Origin: Rhizophagus irregularis
Lineage: Eukaryota
Reading direction: 5' to 3'
DNA length: 64,000 bases
Assembly: GCF_026210795.1 (NCBI RefSeq)
Contig: NC_089435.1
Span: forward strand, 3,596,001-3,660,000
Under the pieces are notes generated by a model, which worked only from the letters and a program-made list of their open reading frames with translations, ran no database searches and was not told where the DNA came from. This document shows, piece by piece, positions 12,458 to 23,789 of this stretch. The first letter of the stretch is position 1; the number at the start of each line of letters is the position of its first letter. The translations under genes were made by a program, and so were the position numbers.

Positions 12458-14032
12458 AATCTTATTATTTCTGTTAGATTAGATTTATTAATATTTATTA
12501 TTTTAGCAAAATATTATTTTTTTTCTTATTATTTTGTTGTTTATGGATAAACATGTTAATGGAATAAAGATGCGTCCATTATTAACATAAATAAAATTTA
12601 TATTTCGTAGTCATATACTGAACTACAATAAATTTGGCCCACACTAAATATATATATATATATATATATGGTTTAATAATGAATCACAGGATATAAAAGA
12701 CTTAATTAATTTGCCCTTCATTAATATTTGTAATGATTTTTCTCGTTATAAAATGCAGAATATCCATTTGCTTGTATAAAAAATATTACTCCGAATTTCT
12801 CCTTTGTTAGAGTACAGTGATTTCATCATGTGCTTATAAATTCGTAGTTTTAGAGCGTAACTGAATGACACCAAGATTTAATTTACCAAATAATATATTT
12901 AGAAATACTATGAGCTGCTATCAACTACAGTAAATGGTTAAATACTCACATATGTAAAATTATAATAAGCTTTAGTTTGGTTATTCAAGGACTCTTCTAA
13001 ATATCTTTTGACAAATACATTATGTCCAAAATTGGATTACATTTCAATGATTTCCTCAACTTGAACTGCGCATCCAAACAGGTTTCTACGAATGCAGATA
13101 AAGAGTTGAACATGTCAAAAAAGAGGTGAAAACCAACTTATTAATTAATCAAATCAATGATAAATGATAAAAACTGTATTTTTATAATTTATATTAATTC
13201 CCATTTAAGTGAGTTAACGTGGTACAATAGTAAATTGTAGTGAGTCTAAGAATCGAATTTGAATATACTTTGAAGGACGTATTAAATAAAATATTTTGTA
13301 CAGATATACTTGTTGTAACGTCACGAAGTGACGTTAACCAATATAAATACAACACCGTACAATATTACAATATCCATAAATTTAAGATGCTAAATGGTTA
13401 CTTGAATATCTATATATATATATTTCAGATGTTAGAAGTAAAGTTTAGTACATAAAATATAATTTTTTAATAGAATTCTATATTCTTGCTGATGAAGACT
13501 ACTGATAGTTTTTTTTAGCATATCCTTTTAAATAAATATCATCCATAAAAATATTAATAAGGAAAGTCATGAACGACTATTATCAAACGTGACATAATTA
13601 ATAGGATCAAGGATCATCATCCGTGATGATCAATGATATCTACGGATTCCCATGAAATAACTGTTACTTTATCTCTACAAAATCCTCCAGGAAAATTTCT
13701 CTAAAATTGATAAAATGGCAAAATAAATTTAGGGTTCATTTCACAGACACTTCTCGTAATAAATATTTTGTTTACACGAAGCAAATGTTGTACACATCCA
13801 ATCAATTTTGTGGCTAATAATGATCACATTTAAGCCGATCTTATGCCCGGTTAAAAATAATGCCACATGATTATCGTATGATCATACAAAGAAATTTGTG
13901 TTACACAGTTCGTATTACATGCATCCGAAAAAAACTCCGTATAAATAATATAAATAAGACAATAGCAATATAAATTTTTTACATTTTTTACATTTCCAAA
14001 TTTTGTTTTTGATATAATAAAAAAAAAAAAAA

Positions 14033-15508
14033 ATGGCACGACAACTTCCAGCAGAATGTTTGAATGAAATTCTTGAATATTTAGAAGATGATAAACTAAC
14101 TTTACATTCGTGTTTGTTAGTTAATCGTCTTTGGTGTAAAATTTCCGTTAGAATTATGTGGAGGGATATTTGGAATTTTAAAAGATTTTATCAACAACGT
14201 CCATTGAGGGTGGCAACATCGATTCTTAGTACATTAATTGCTTGTCTTTCTAATGAATCAAAAGAACTTTTAAATAGAAATGAAATATTCATTTTAACAC
14301 CTACTTCGAAGTCACCACTGTTTAATTATGCGGCATTTTGTAAAGTACTTTCAATTAATGAAATTAATAGAATAGTTAAAAATGTCCTTAGAAATATACC
14401 GGCGGACATTAATTCATTAAATGATAAAAATAATTTAATTGCAAATGAAGTTATCAAAATGTTTACAAGCCAAATTTCTTCATTAAAAAAATTGACTTAT
14501 TACCATAATCGTTTTTATCACCTTAATATTTCTTTTCCATATTTTCCTGGTGCAAGAGATCTTTCAGAATTATGTTGTGCATCAAATCTTCCTACAAATT
14601 TTTTCTATCAGTTGTCTCAAATATGCCATAACTTACAATCAATTTTTATAGAATTTCACAATAATGATGTTTCAAATGAGTTAAAAGAATTAATTTCTTT
14701 ACAGAATAATTTAAAAACTTTAGCTTTATCAGCTTTTGATGGAAGTTGGGCAAATATTATACCTACTATAACAAAGCACTCTCATACAATAACAAAATTA
14801 CAACTTTATGGTGATAATGAAGAATTACCACTTTCATTTGTTAGATTATTTTCAAATTTACAAGAATTTATATTTTCATTTTATGATGGAACAGGTTTTG
14901 AAGATTTTAAAATGTTACAATATGTTCACTTTTCTAAATTACAAGTTTTAAAAATTCCTTATCAATGTCCAAGACCTCAATATATAATGAAATTTTTAGA
15001 AAATAATGGAAAAAATCTAAAAAAATATTATACAGATGAAAATGATAATGCTTTAAGTTTATCTGTTGCTAAATTTTGTCCAAACCTTAAAAGTCTTTTC
15101 GTAATATTTAGTAATGGTGAAATAGATATATTAAAAAAAATATTTATTAGTTGTCAATACTTAGAAAGTATTAAAATTTGGTGTGGAGAGAAATTTTTAA
15201 CTGAAAAAGAAGTATTGGAAACTGTTGCAAGTCATTCACCAAATAATTTTTGTGAATTAAGAATATATAATAGTTCAAATTCAAATATATCATCAAAAGA
15301 TTTAGAATCATTTTTTATAAATTGGAAAAATAGAGCATCAGAAAAATTACTTTCATTAGTAATTATTGAGGATTATTATGCTAATTTATTAACTGATTAT
15401 GAAAATATGGATATAATTGAAAAGTATGAAAATTTAGGTATCGTCAAATTAACGACTATAGGTTACGAAAAAGAAAAAATAGATGATGATTTGGATTATT
15501 ATTATTAA
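14033..15508 (+). CDS. F-box / RNI-like LRR protein (491 aa), tandem paralog
   Basis: Colinear with 10955..12457 along its whole length (LPAECLNEILEYL..LHSCLLVNRLWC); intact ORF. Confidence 0.92.
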   Translation: MARQLPAECLNEILEYLEDDKLTLHSCLLVNRLWCKISVRIMWRDIWNFKRFYQQRPLRVATSILSTLIACLSNESKELLNRNEIFILTPTSKSPLFNYAAFCKVLSINEINRIVKNVLRNIPADINSLNDKNNLIANEVIKMFTSQISSLKKLTYYHNRFYHLNISFPYFPGARDLSELCCASNLPTNFFYQLSQICHNLQSIFIEFHNNDVSNELKELISLQNNLKTLALSAFDGSWANIIPTITKHSHTITKLQLYGDNEELPLSFVRLFSNLQEFIFSFYDGTGFEDFKMLQYVHFSKLQVLKIPYQCPRPQYIMKFLENNGKNLKKYYTDENDNALSLSVAKFCPNLKSLFVIFSNGEIDILKKIFISCQYLESIKIWCGEKFLTEKEVLETVASHSPNNFCELRIYNSSNSNISSKDLESFFINWKNRASEKLLSLVIIEDYYANLLTDYENMDIIEKYENLGIVKLTTIGYEKEKIDDDLDYYY

Positions 15509-16686
15509 ATTTTTATTAAACTCCATTTATTTCTGTTTATAAATTTGAAAATGACCCTATTTTTCTTTAAATACTAGAGAAGTAATGTATATTCTTTATT
15601 ATTTATCATTAATAAAGTTTTATTTTTTAAATGATTACTGATACATAAAAAATGTTCTTACATTTTAAATTATAAAATATGGCCAGGGGTCGATTCTAAA
15701 ACTTAGTGAAATTACCGATACAGTATTCTTAAAACATGCTGATATTCATATGGTCTTTCAAAATAAAGAAAATTTCTGAGTATCGGGTAACGTACTAACG
15801 TTTGACAAACGGAATAAAATAATGAAGCTTCAAGCCATTGACAAATGTTATTTCTTGCCAATTCTTTTGGCAGTGATCAAATATGTTACTACGTTAATTT
15901 CGTTACATATCTTGCGTGTAAAGAATAATTTACATACGTAGATGTTATAGTCTCACTTCTTTGGAATCAATAGTTCAGTAATTAGTAATTATATATATTA
16001 ATCCTCACCTTCATATTCGGACTAATAATTGAATTAATAATTGAGATAAAATTTAAATGAAAGTTTAAATGAATTTATTATTAAAATAATAAATTTCTTC
16101 CCAATTTTCATTATTTATATATAATACAGTTTATAAATATTTCCATTATTATCAAAAAATGACAATATATATTGTTTTTTTTAACCAATAGAAGCATGTA
16201 ATTTAACAATTATGCAAAAATCAGAGATAATGTGCGTATAAATAAAACTATTCAAAAAAATGAGATACAGTATAGTATGATTAATTATTAATATTTGCAT
16301 TTTTTTTTATTATACGCTAAACAAATCATTTTCAGAAACAGTTATAATGATTTTTTAATTCAATACAAATTTTTCCAATCAATGTAGGTTCTTTGGTAAA
16401 GTATTTTTGTAACAAATCCTTTAACTTACTCATAAGAATAATAGTCTTATAACGTTAATAATCATCAGAGATTAATACAAATAGGATGAGAAGAAAATGA
16501 TTCATAATCCTTATTATTCTATTTAGTTTAACATTGCAATATCAATATTGGTCGATCATGTGATGAATAAAATTAGATGATAAATATTTTCAAAATTGTA
16601 GTAAATTATATCTAAAAAAATTACAAAAGGCTCGAAAAAATAACAAGTTTGATACACTTTCAATATATTGGATAACTATTGTGTTA

Positions 16687-18880
16687 ATTTCTTGATATCT
16701 ATAAAATAAAATCAAAAGCTAATTAGTTTAATGAAAACATACTAATTAGCTTAAGGGGGACTTTAGCAACATCACTACGGAGTCGGTAACAATGAGAAGA
16801 CATGTCAGGATCTAGGATCATGCCATAAATGCAACTATCTAGGGTTCATGTTGACGGACATCGGCCGAAAGGGGTCGCAACTAGCGGTGGTGCGCAAACG
16901 GTAGGATACCAGATATCGGCCGAAAGGGGTCGCAAGTCACGGTGGTGCACAAACGACAGGATATCAGATATCGGCCGAAAGGGGTCGCTAGTAGCGGTGG
17001 TGCACAAACGACAGGATACCAGATATCGGCCGAAAGGGGTCGCTAGTTAGTAGCGGTGGTGCACAAACGACAAGATACCAGATATCGGCCGAAAGGGGTC
17101 GCAACAAACGGTGGTGCACAAACGACAGGATACTAGATATCGGCCGAAAGGGGTCGCAAGTCACGGTGGTGCACAAACGGTAGGACGAAGGTCAACAATC
17201 ACCACAGAGTCGGTGACAATAAAAGACATGATAGGATCTAGAGCATGCCATCAATTCCGTAAGCAGCGGTGGTGCACAAACGGTAGGACGAAGGTTAACA
17301 ATCACCACAGAGTCGATGACAATGATAAGACATGATAGGATCCATCTCAATGGTTCATTGCTGCCCGACATCGGCCGAAAGGGGTCGCAACTAGCGGTGG
17401 TGCACAAACGACAGGATACCAGATATCGGCCGAAAGGGGTCGTAAGTCACGGTGGTGCACAAACGACAGGATACCAGATATCGGCCGAAAGGGGTCGCTA
17501 GTAGCGGTGGTGCACAAACGACAGGATACCAGATATCGGCCGAAAGGGGGTCGCTAGTTAGTAGCGGTGGTGCACAAACGACAGGATACCAGATATCGGC
17601 CGAAAGGGGTCGCAACTAACGGTGGTGCACAAACGACAGGATACCAGATATCGGCCGAAAGGGGTCGCAACAAACGGTGGTGCACAAACGACAGGATACC
17701 AGATATCGGCCGAAAGGGGTCGCAAGTCACGGTGGTGCACAAACGGTAGGACGAAGGTCAACAATCACCACAGAGTCAGTGACAATGAGAAGTCTTGATA
17801 GGATCTAGAGCATGCCATTAATGCATCTATCCAGGTTCATGCTGCCAAAGATCGGCCGAAAGGGGTCGCAACTAACGGTTGTGCACAAACGGACGTAGAA
17901 TATTGCTGAAAGTCTAGTATACATTTAATAAATATATACCTTGAAGCTATTGTTGAAATGTGAATCCGAATTGCCACGAAACAGAATTGAAGTAAAACTA
18001 GGAAACGGAGCCCACACGTCCAAGATCCGGTCGCCTAAAAAAAAAGGAAGTCGAAACGTTGTAAGGCGTTTCGTTAAAGGAAATATGTTCAAGGAAAACT
18101 GCATGATTTTTAATCGAAGAAATCTCACGTGTCTTACCGATGTCCACGTTCATAGATATTCGATGAAATCGTTTAAATAAAAAGATAAAACGAAACGTTA
18201 ATAAACGTTCCGTCAAAGAAATATTCAGAGAAAACTCCATACTGAATTTCTCAAAAGCGGTCCCCACTGAAAAAAATAAAACTTACTTCCCTTCTATTAC
18301 AAATTTTAGTTTACTAAATGAGATAAAAGGCGTTTATCAAACATTCGGAAAGATTTTTTTTATAAATTCCACGCGCCCAGAGTCTCATCCCATGTGTCTA
18401 AATACCTAAAGAACCAAGTCGTCTAAAAATAAAGCAAGAAAACGAACAATTAGAAACCGTTCGTTAAAATAAAAACAAATAAAGAAAAAAAAATGACAAA
18501 CTTACCAAATATCGCGTCCAGGGAGACTGAAAGAACTGCCTAAAAAAGAAAATGTAGAAACATTTCGTTAAAAATTTTTGATTTTTTTCTTGCGGGTGCT
18601 TTTTAGCTTTTTTTTTAAACAAAGTACGTTTCTTAATCCTTTATTACACTTATTATCTTCCTCATGTCCAAGACTAACGGAGTCTATACTAAAAGCGAAG
18701 AAATGTTTTAGAAACATTTCTTAACCCTAAAATCCTATTTTACCTTTGGTCTGCGTGTTTCTACAAAAGAAAAAAGAAGTAATCAACATCAATAAAACTT
18801 GCTACGCGCGCTACTAAGCTATTTATTGATCAGTGGCTGGTGTAACCTGATCAGACGTGTCACTCACGTGTACCGGTCTA
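16687..18880. mobile_element. Unclassified ~2.2-kb dispersed element (copy A) with subterminal hairpins and an internal 55-bp GC-rich array
   Basis: Colinear with 45160-47347 from ATTTCTTGATATCTATAAAAT to CGTGTACCG.TCT and with a truncated copy at 41105-41959. Flanks are unrelated. No TIR, TSD or ORF was recognised. Confidence 0.8.
16857..17891. repeat. Higher-order tandem array of 55-bp units (14 units plus linkers)
   Basis: Unit is GATATCGGCCGAAAGGGGTCGC-[7 or 11 nt variable]-GGTGGTGCACAAACG-ACAGGATACCA, interrupted by ~100-bp linker repeats (GTAGGACGAAGGTCAACAATCACCAC...). Confidence 0.95.
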
Positions 18881-19448
18881 TTGATGTATAAACTCAGTCA
18901 TTTGAAAATATACTATAATTTTCCATAGACCTAATTACAAAAATTAGATTTAATATTATAAAGTTTTATTTTGAAATATACAGTATTAAAAAAAATTATT
19001 TGAGAAATCTATTAAAATAATATTATTTATTGGAAGAATTCTTGATTTGGCTAGTGGAGATTTTGTTATGTTAAATTGTTAAATTTGTAATCACAATTGT
19101 AAAATAGAAAAAATAGATGTAATTTTGATGTGTATATTTTTTAGTCTCAGAACACAGTAACTTATGTAAAAATATATCTATCAATAAAACATTCCTAATT
19201 AACATATAAAGTTTTTAAAAATTAAAGTTTTATTTTAAAAATTAATAAATCTAATAATATATTGTGATTTTCTAAAATACTTTGCAAAATATTAATGTCT
19301 TATTACAAAAATTTATACTTCTTATTGGTCTTTGATAATTTTGATAATATTTTGCAAAAATCTGCAGTTGACTTAAAACCAAATAAATTTTTGAAAGTAC
19401 TAAACTAAAATACTATAAAGTAATAATGAACTATCAACTATAAATAAC

Positions 19449-19790
19449 TTACAAAGAAAAATTATATGCTAATCCATGCAGAACATCAGTAATAAACGAT
19501 TTTGCCATCATTAAAAATTGTCATAATTCTATTTCCCTGTCAATTAAATTTTTCTTTTGCTTTGGATATTGAGCACCACGAAGAATATTTTCAACTTTTA
19601 AGTTCTACTTGTCGTTGCTCCTTTTGAAACTCATTAACTATAGTATCGATTAACTTAAAATTGCCCAGCGCTCAGCGACGATGCCAAGTTTCAATATAAT
19701 TGTGTGTTCTTGGAGCACATATCTCCATTAAGTCATGTACAGACTATAGTTGTGGTGAGAAAAGAGGTGAGGCATGAGTTATATCTCCAT
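19449..19790 (-). pseudogene. Mutator (MULE) transposase C-terminal fragment
   Basis: Manual translation PRTHNYIETWHRR*...IVNEFQKEQRQVELKVENILRGAQYPKQKKNLIDREIRIMTIFND..GLAYNFSL matches the RT(N)NxxExWH motif and C-terminus of MULE transposases. Stops are present. Confidence 0.7.
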
Positions 19791-19994
19791 TCCGTAATTG
19801 ACATCACTGTTTTTCTATTTGCTTTTGTATTTTCGTTCTGTATTTCATTCCTTATTATGTTACTTACTTTATGGGTTTATATTTTTTTTGTCTATCTCAC
19901 CTTTGTCTACTACCATTTTCTCCTTTTTTCGTATCTTCACTAAAAATAAATATTAAGCTAGACATATAGCCTTATTTAATTTTTCCTTTTTCTC

Positions 19995-20919
19995 TTCTCC
20001 TCTTTTTTTTTAACTTCTTTAAGGACCGATGAAACTTTTCCATCATTATCGATTTGGAAAATATTTCCCGAAGTTCTGGCTAGACGAATAGCAAGAGTAG
20101 CAAGATTATCAAGATTATCTTTCTCAAGATCTTTCTTTAATTCCATTGTTGTTTCAATATCTCTAAAATTATTGTACGTGTCCCAGATTATGATTGTCAG
20201 TTTTTTCTCTTTTGAGATACTACCTACTACAACTAGTTTCTTATCTTCTTCAATGAATTCTAATTAGGGATGGCAACGGTCGGTCATGGTCGGTCATCGG
20301 TCGGTCATAACCGATCAAGAACCTTTGACCGACCGACCGACCGTTTGACCGACCGGTTAACCGACCGTTTAACCGATCCTGAAAACGTTTGCGAAACGTA
20401 ATTTAATAAAAAAACGTTTGAAATACTTAATAAAAAACGTTTTCGCAACGTTTTCTATTAAAATAATTAAAAAAACGTTTGCGAAACATTTTTTTATTAA
20501 ATTACGTTTCACAAACATTTTCAGGATCGGTTAAACGGTCGGTCAAACGGTCGGTCAAACGGTCGGTCAGAGGTCTTTGACCGACCGATATCGGTCACGG
20601 TCATGACCGGTCATAACCGGTTAATGACCGTGACCGTTGCCATCCCTAATTCTAATAAGTGAATTTTTTCAATGCTATCAAATTTCTTTGATGTGGCTTC
20701 CAAACCATTTTCCATAAAGTATAACCTTAAGAAATAAACATATTAAATTTTAGTTATTTAATACTTTTATACGAGATTTAATGTGCAATATACATGAAGC
20801 CCTCGTGTAAAGCAGAGTAGTTGCTTGTTCTTACTGATCGAGAAATTATTTCTATTATACTTGCTTATAAGTTTATCCTGACTATTTTCGACCCTTATTG
20901 TAATAGTATCTAATTTCAT
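19995..20919 (-). pseudogene. Fragment of AMF TRP-channel-like / WD-repeat N-terminal region, interrupted by a hAT MITE
   Basis: Translation FSISKNKQLLCFTRG [intron] YFMENGLEATSKKFDSIEKIHLL|EFIEEDKKLVVVG..IIIWDTY..RLARTSGNIFQIDNDGKVSSVLKE. The frame is restored by removing 20265-20656. The family assignment is from memory of AMF proteins. Confidence 0.55.
20265..20648. mobile_element. hAT-superfamily MITE (384 bp)
   Basis: TIR TAGGGATGGCAACGGTC / GACCGTTGCCATCCCTA; perfect 8-bp TSD ATTCTAAT (20257-20264 and 20649-20656); subterminal (GACC/CGGTC)n repeats. Confidence 0.95.
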
Positions 20920-21094
20920 TTTTCCTAGGTTGTAAACTAGAAAAATTAAAAAAAAAATACACTAAAAAATGCAAAATTAAAGTATAATTCTGGTCAGAAT
21001 TATATTAACTACAAACGTCCAAAAATGGAAAAAGTGTAACATTATCATGCCTTAGGAAATGACTCATTTCTGGCGTCATGTGATTCAAAAGTAA

Positions 21095-22915
21095 TTTTTT
21101 TTTGAAAAAAAAAAAACTTGTAACGCATCTTTTATTAGGATAAAATTAATCGATCCGTATACATAGTTACCTAGAAACACCCGTGCTAACACGAGGCGCC
21201 TCTATAACAAGAGTATATCTATCCTAATAAAAACAAAGCCAAAACTAAAATGAGACCTAACTAAAAATTTGCTCTATATATTACGTAGGGAAAAATGAGT
21301 GAAAATTTGTAATAAAGACTGAAGCCTAACACTATAAAAAATAGATGAATCCCAAACAGACCCACGCCCAGTAAACAATTATTCAATCTTTTCTCCCATT
21401 ACCCTACAAAAAGAAAAAGTTAGTATGCTATGCTATTAAATTACATTTGTGTAGAAATTTGTTATCGGCATTATTTTATACGTGAAATCACGTGACTTCG
21501 ATTGACAAAATTAATGTAATTTTCTCTCTCAAATCGTTCTCTTCATTTTTCTTCCTTGCAATCTCAACCTTTGGTGAATCTGGTTTGGTCTTTTCTCTCC
21601 AATCTCTTTTTCATCTGTCCATCGGTGCTCCTCCTTTAGTTTATTTTTGAAATCATCATTAAGTTTTGTATATTCCTGCAAGATCTTATTTTGCTCCGCA
21701 TAACTAATGATTTTATTACCAAAAGAAGGAAATTATTTGTTTGCATCGCCCAATTTTTAAATTTAGGTGATACATCCCAGATGTTGAAACCGTTCTCTTT
21801 TTTAACCTCCATAACTGCTTGCAAGTTTATGTGTTCCCATTCCATCATATTTGATGTCTCCTCAAATATTTCTTCCAAAACAGTCAATGTTCCCTTAATT
21901 CTTTTTCGGACTTAATTGCTCCTTTTTTGAATTATAAACGATTCTATCTGTTTGATAATCTCTTATAATATCTACAACTTCGTCCGTGTCAATGTTATCA
22001 CGTTGTAAGGGTCTATCGGCTGATTTTTCCATCATATTGATTCCAAGGTCGTCATCGCTTGAGTCATCTGATTCTGGCTCTTCTTCTTTCTTTCTAATCC
22101 TCCAATCTTTAATCATATTGACAACTTCCTTTTCCTCCAAATTAATCTTCTCTTTTTCGTTCCCCGTAACTGGAGGTAAATTATTTTTATAGTTTCTTGA
22201 TGCCATATTTACTAACTCCATATAAATCCGATTTGGAGGTGTTTGCGATAAAGAAACATTTACCTCTGGAGAACTATTTTTTAGTGGTAATTTACTCGAG
22301 GGCTTTGCCTGGTCACTTTTTCCGCTCTTGTAAACCGTTTTGAGATTATGCACCATCCAAACCTTCGCTAGATCGTTCTTGCTCATTGCGAGTTCAACCG
22401 CATTTTCCATCATTTTGTGATTACTAAAATATCCTTGTGTGATCTTGATAATTTTAATAAAAGCAGCGGTATATTCCGTTTGCATTTTCTTTAAAAAATC
22501 GTATCCATTGTTTTTTTTTGTAATTTCCTCCATCTCCTCTTTAGTTAGGTCTCTAACCAATTGCCACTTGTCCCGGTCTTGTCTCATTTTTAACCCGTTC
22601 CCTGCGTCGTACCATCTTATGAAATGTTTGCTAATATAAATTCTGAAGGTGTCTTTGTTGAAAGTCATCTAAAGATTTTCATTCAACAATATTTGAGCCC
22701 TCACTGATTTGTATTGTATTGTTGTCTCACTTGTATCCGGAACACTTTCCCTATTTTCGATAAATTCGTCCTAATATCCTCCTCAGTCCAATATTTTGGT
22801 ATATCGTAAAAAAATAAAGATTCGAAAGAAACTAACCAACTTTCCTGTTCAATATCTTCGTATCTATTGAGATGACAAGCACCTAAGTTCTTATATTCAT
22901 ATTAACTTGACTTTC
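21095..22915 (-). mobile_element. LINE-like non-autonomous element, copy 1: degenerate ORF1-like gene, structured 3' UTR and A tract
   Basis: Frameshifted ORF (FFYDIPKYWTEEDIRTNLSKIGKV.., ORFs 21895-22668 and 21636-21887) is homologous to 31131-31766. The shared 3' end is TATCCTAATAAA(G)AGATGCGTTACA, then a T-rich stretch and A9. No RT/endonuclease was seen. Confidence 0.6.
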
Positions 22916-23789
22916 ATCCTAAAATTCCAGAAGTTTAGTAATATTATTTTATTAAAAACATATTAATTCATAATGATTGTGATTAGTAAGTAGCTTTACG
23001 AGATAGCAACTTACCTGCGTGTAGAGACAATTTATTATTTTATCTATATATAATAAAAATTCAAAGGTATAGATTGAAGTGATCATTTTTTCAAAATTTC
23101 ATATCAAGAGTCTTCTAGTTTATATTAGATATGATTGTTAAATCACGTTTAGTTTTTATTGAATAAATTTTGATTGTATGATTTAATTATTATTATAACA
23201 AATTTAAGAAGACGAAGTTTTTATTTGAAATTGTGAATAATGCGATATTACTAGTGAAATTTCAGGATAATAATCTCATAAAAAATATTTCATGGTTCGT
23301 CTACTGTCCTTCTTATATTATTTATATTATTCATTTATAAATTTTGATTAGATTGACTGCGGGCAAAATTAACATGATCCTGCAAGGTATTGTTATTATT
23401 ATATTGTTATTGCAACAATCATTTTTTTTTATTTTTGAAATTCCGAAATTCCGAAGAATATGAAAACCCGTTTATTACAGATACTTAGATCACGATTTTT
23501 AGAATTATATCATTTTTTTATTTTAAATGAATGTATTTTATTTCGTATTATGTAAAAATAACAATAAACAATATCTGCTCGTAAGTATTGTGATCAAGAC
23601 AGGTAATCATGTGATTTACACGTACTATCTGAGCTTCTGAGCTTATTAATCAGATTGTTTTTCGCGTTTCAGGAAAATCTGAAAGTACATGAGTCATTCC
23701 AAATAAGTTATGAGTCATTCCAATTTGATTAAAAAAATATATAAAAGACCCTACTTCCTCTTTATTATTTCTACAAAACTATTTCTCTT

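Noticed and set aside
16860..16915. Hammerhead ribozyme suggested by GGCCGAAAGG
   Set aside because: No CUGANGA core was found on either strand of the unit.
16829..17764. Many short ORFs over the 55-bp array (also 45914-46545)
   Set aside because: The unit length is not a multiple of 3, and ORFs appear on both strands and in all frames, which is a GC-rich repeat artefact.
16857..17891. CRISPR array interpretation of the repeat/variable-slot pattern
   Set aside because: The variable parts are only 7-11 nt and recur, there are no cas genes, and the context is eukaryotic.
23043..23120. Helitron-like 5' end (A|TCTATATATAATAAAA)
   Set aside because: No matching hairpin-plus-CTAG 3' end was found downstream.
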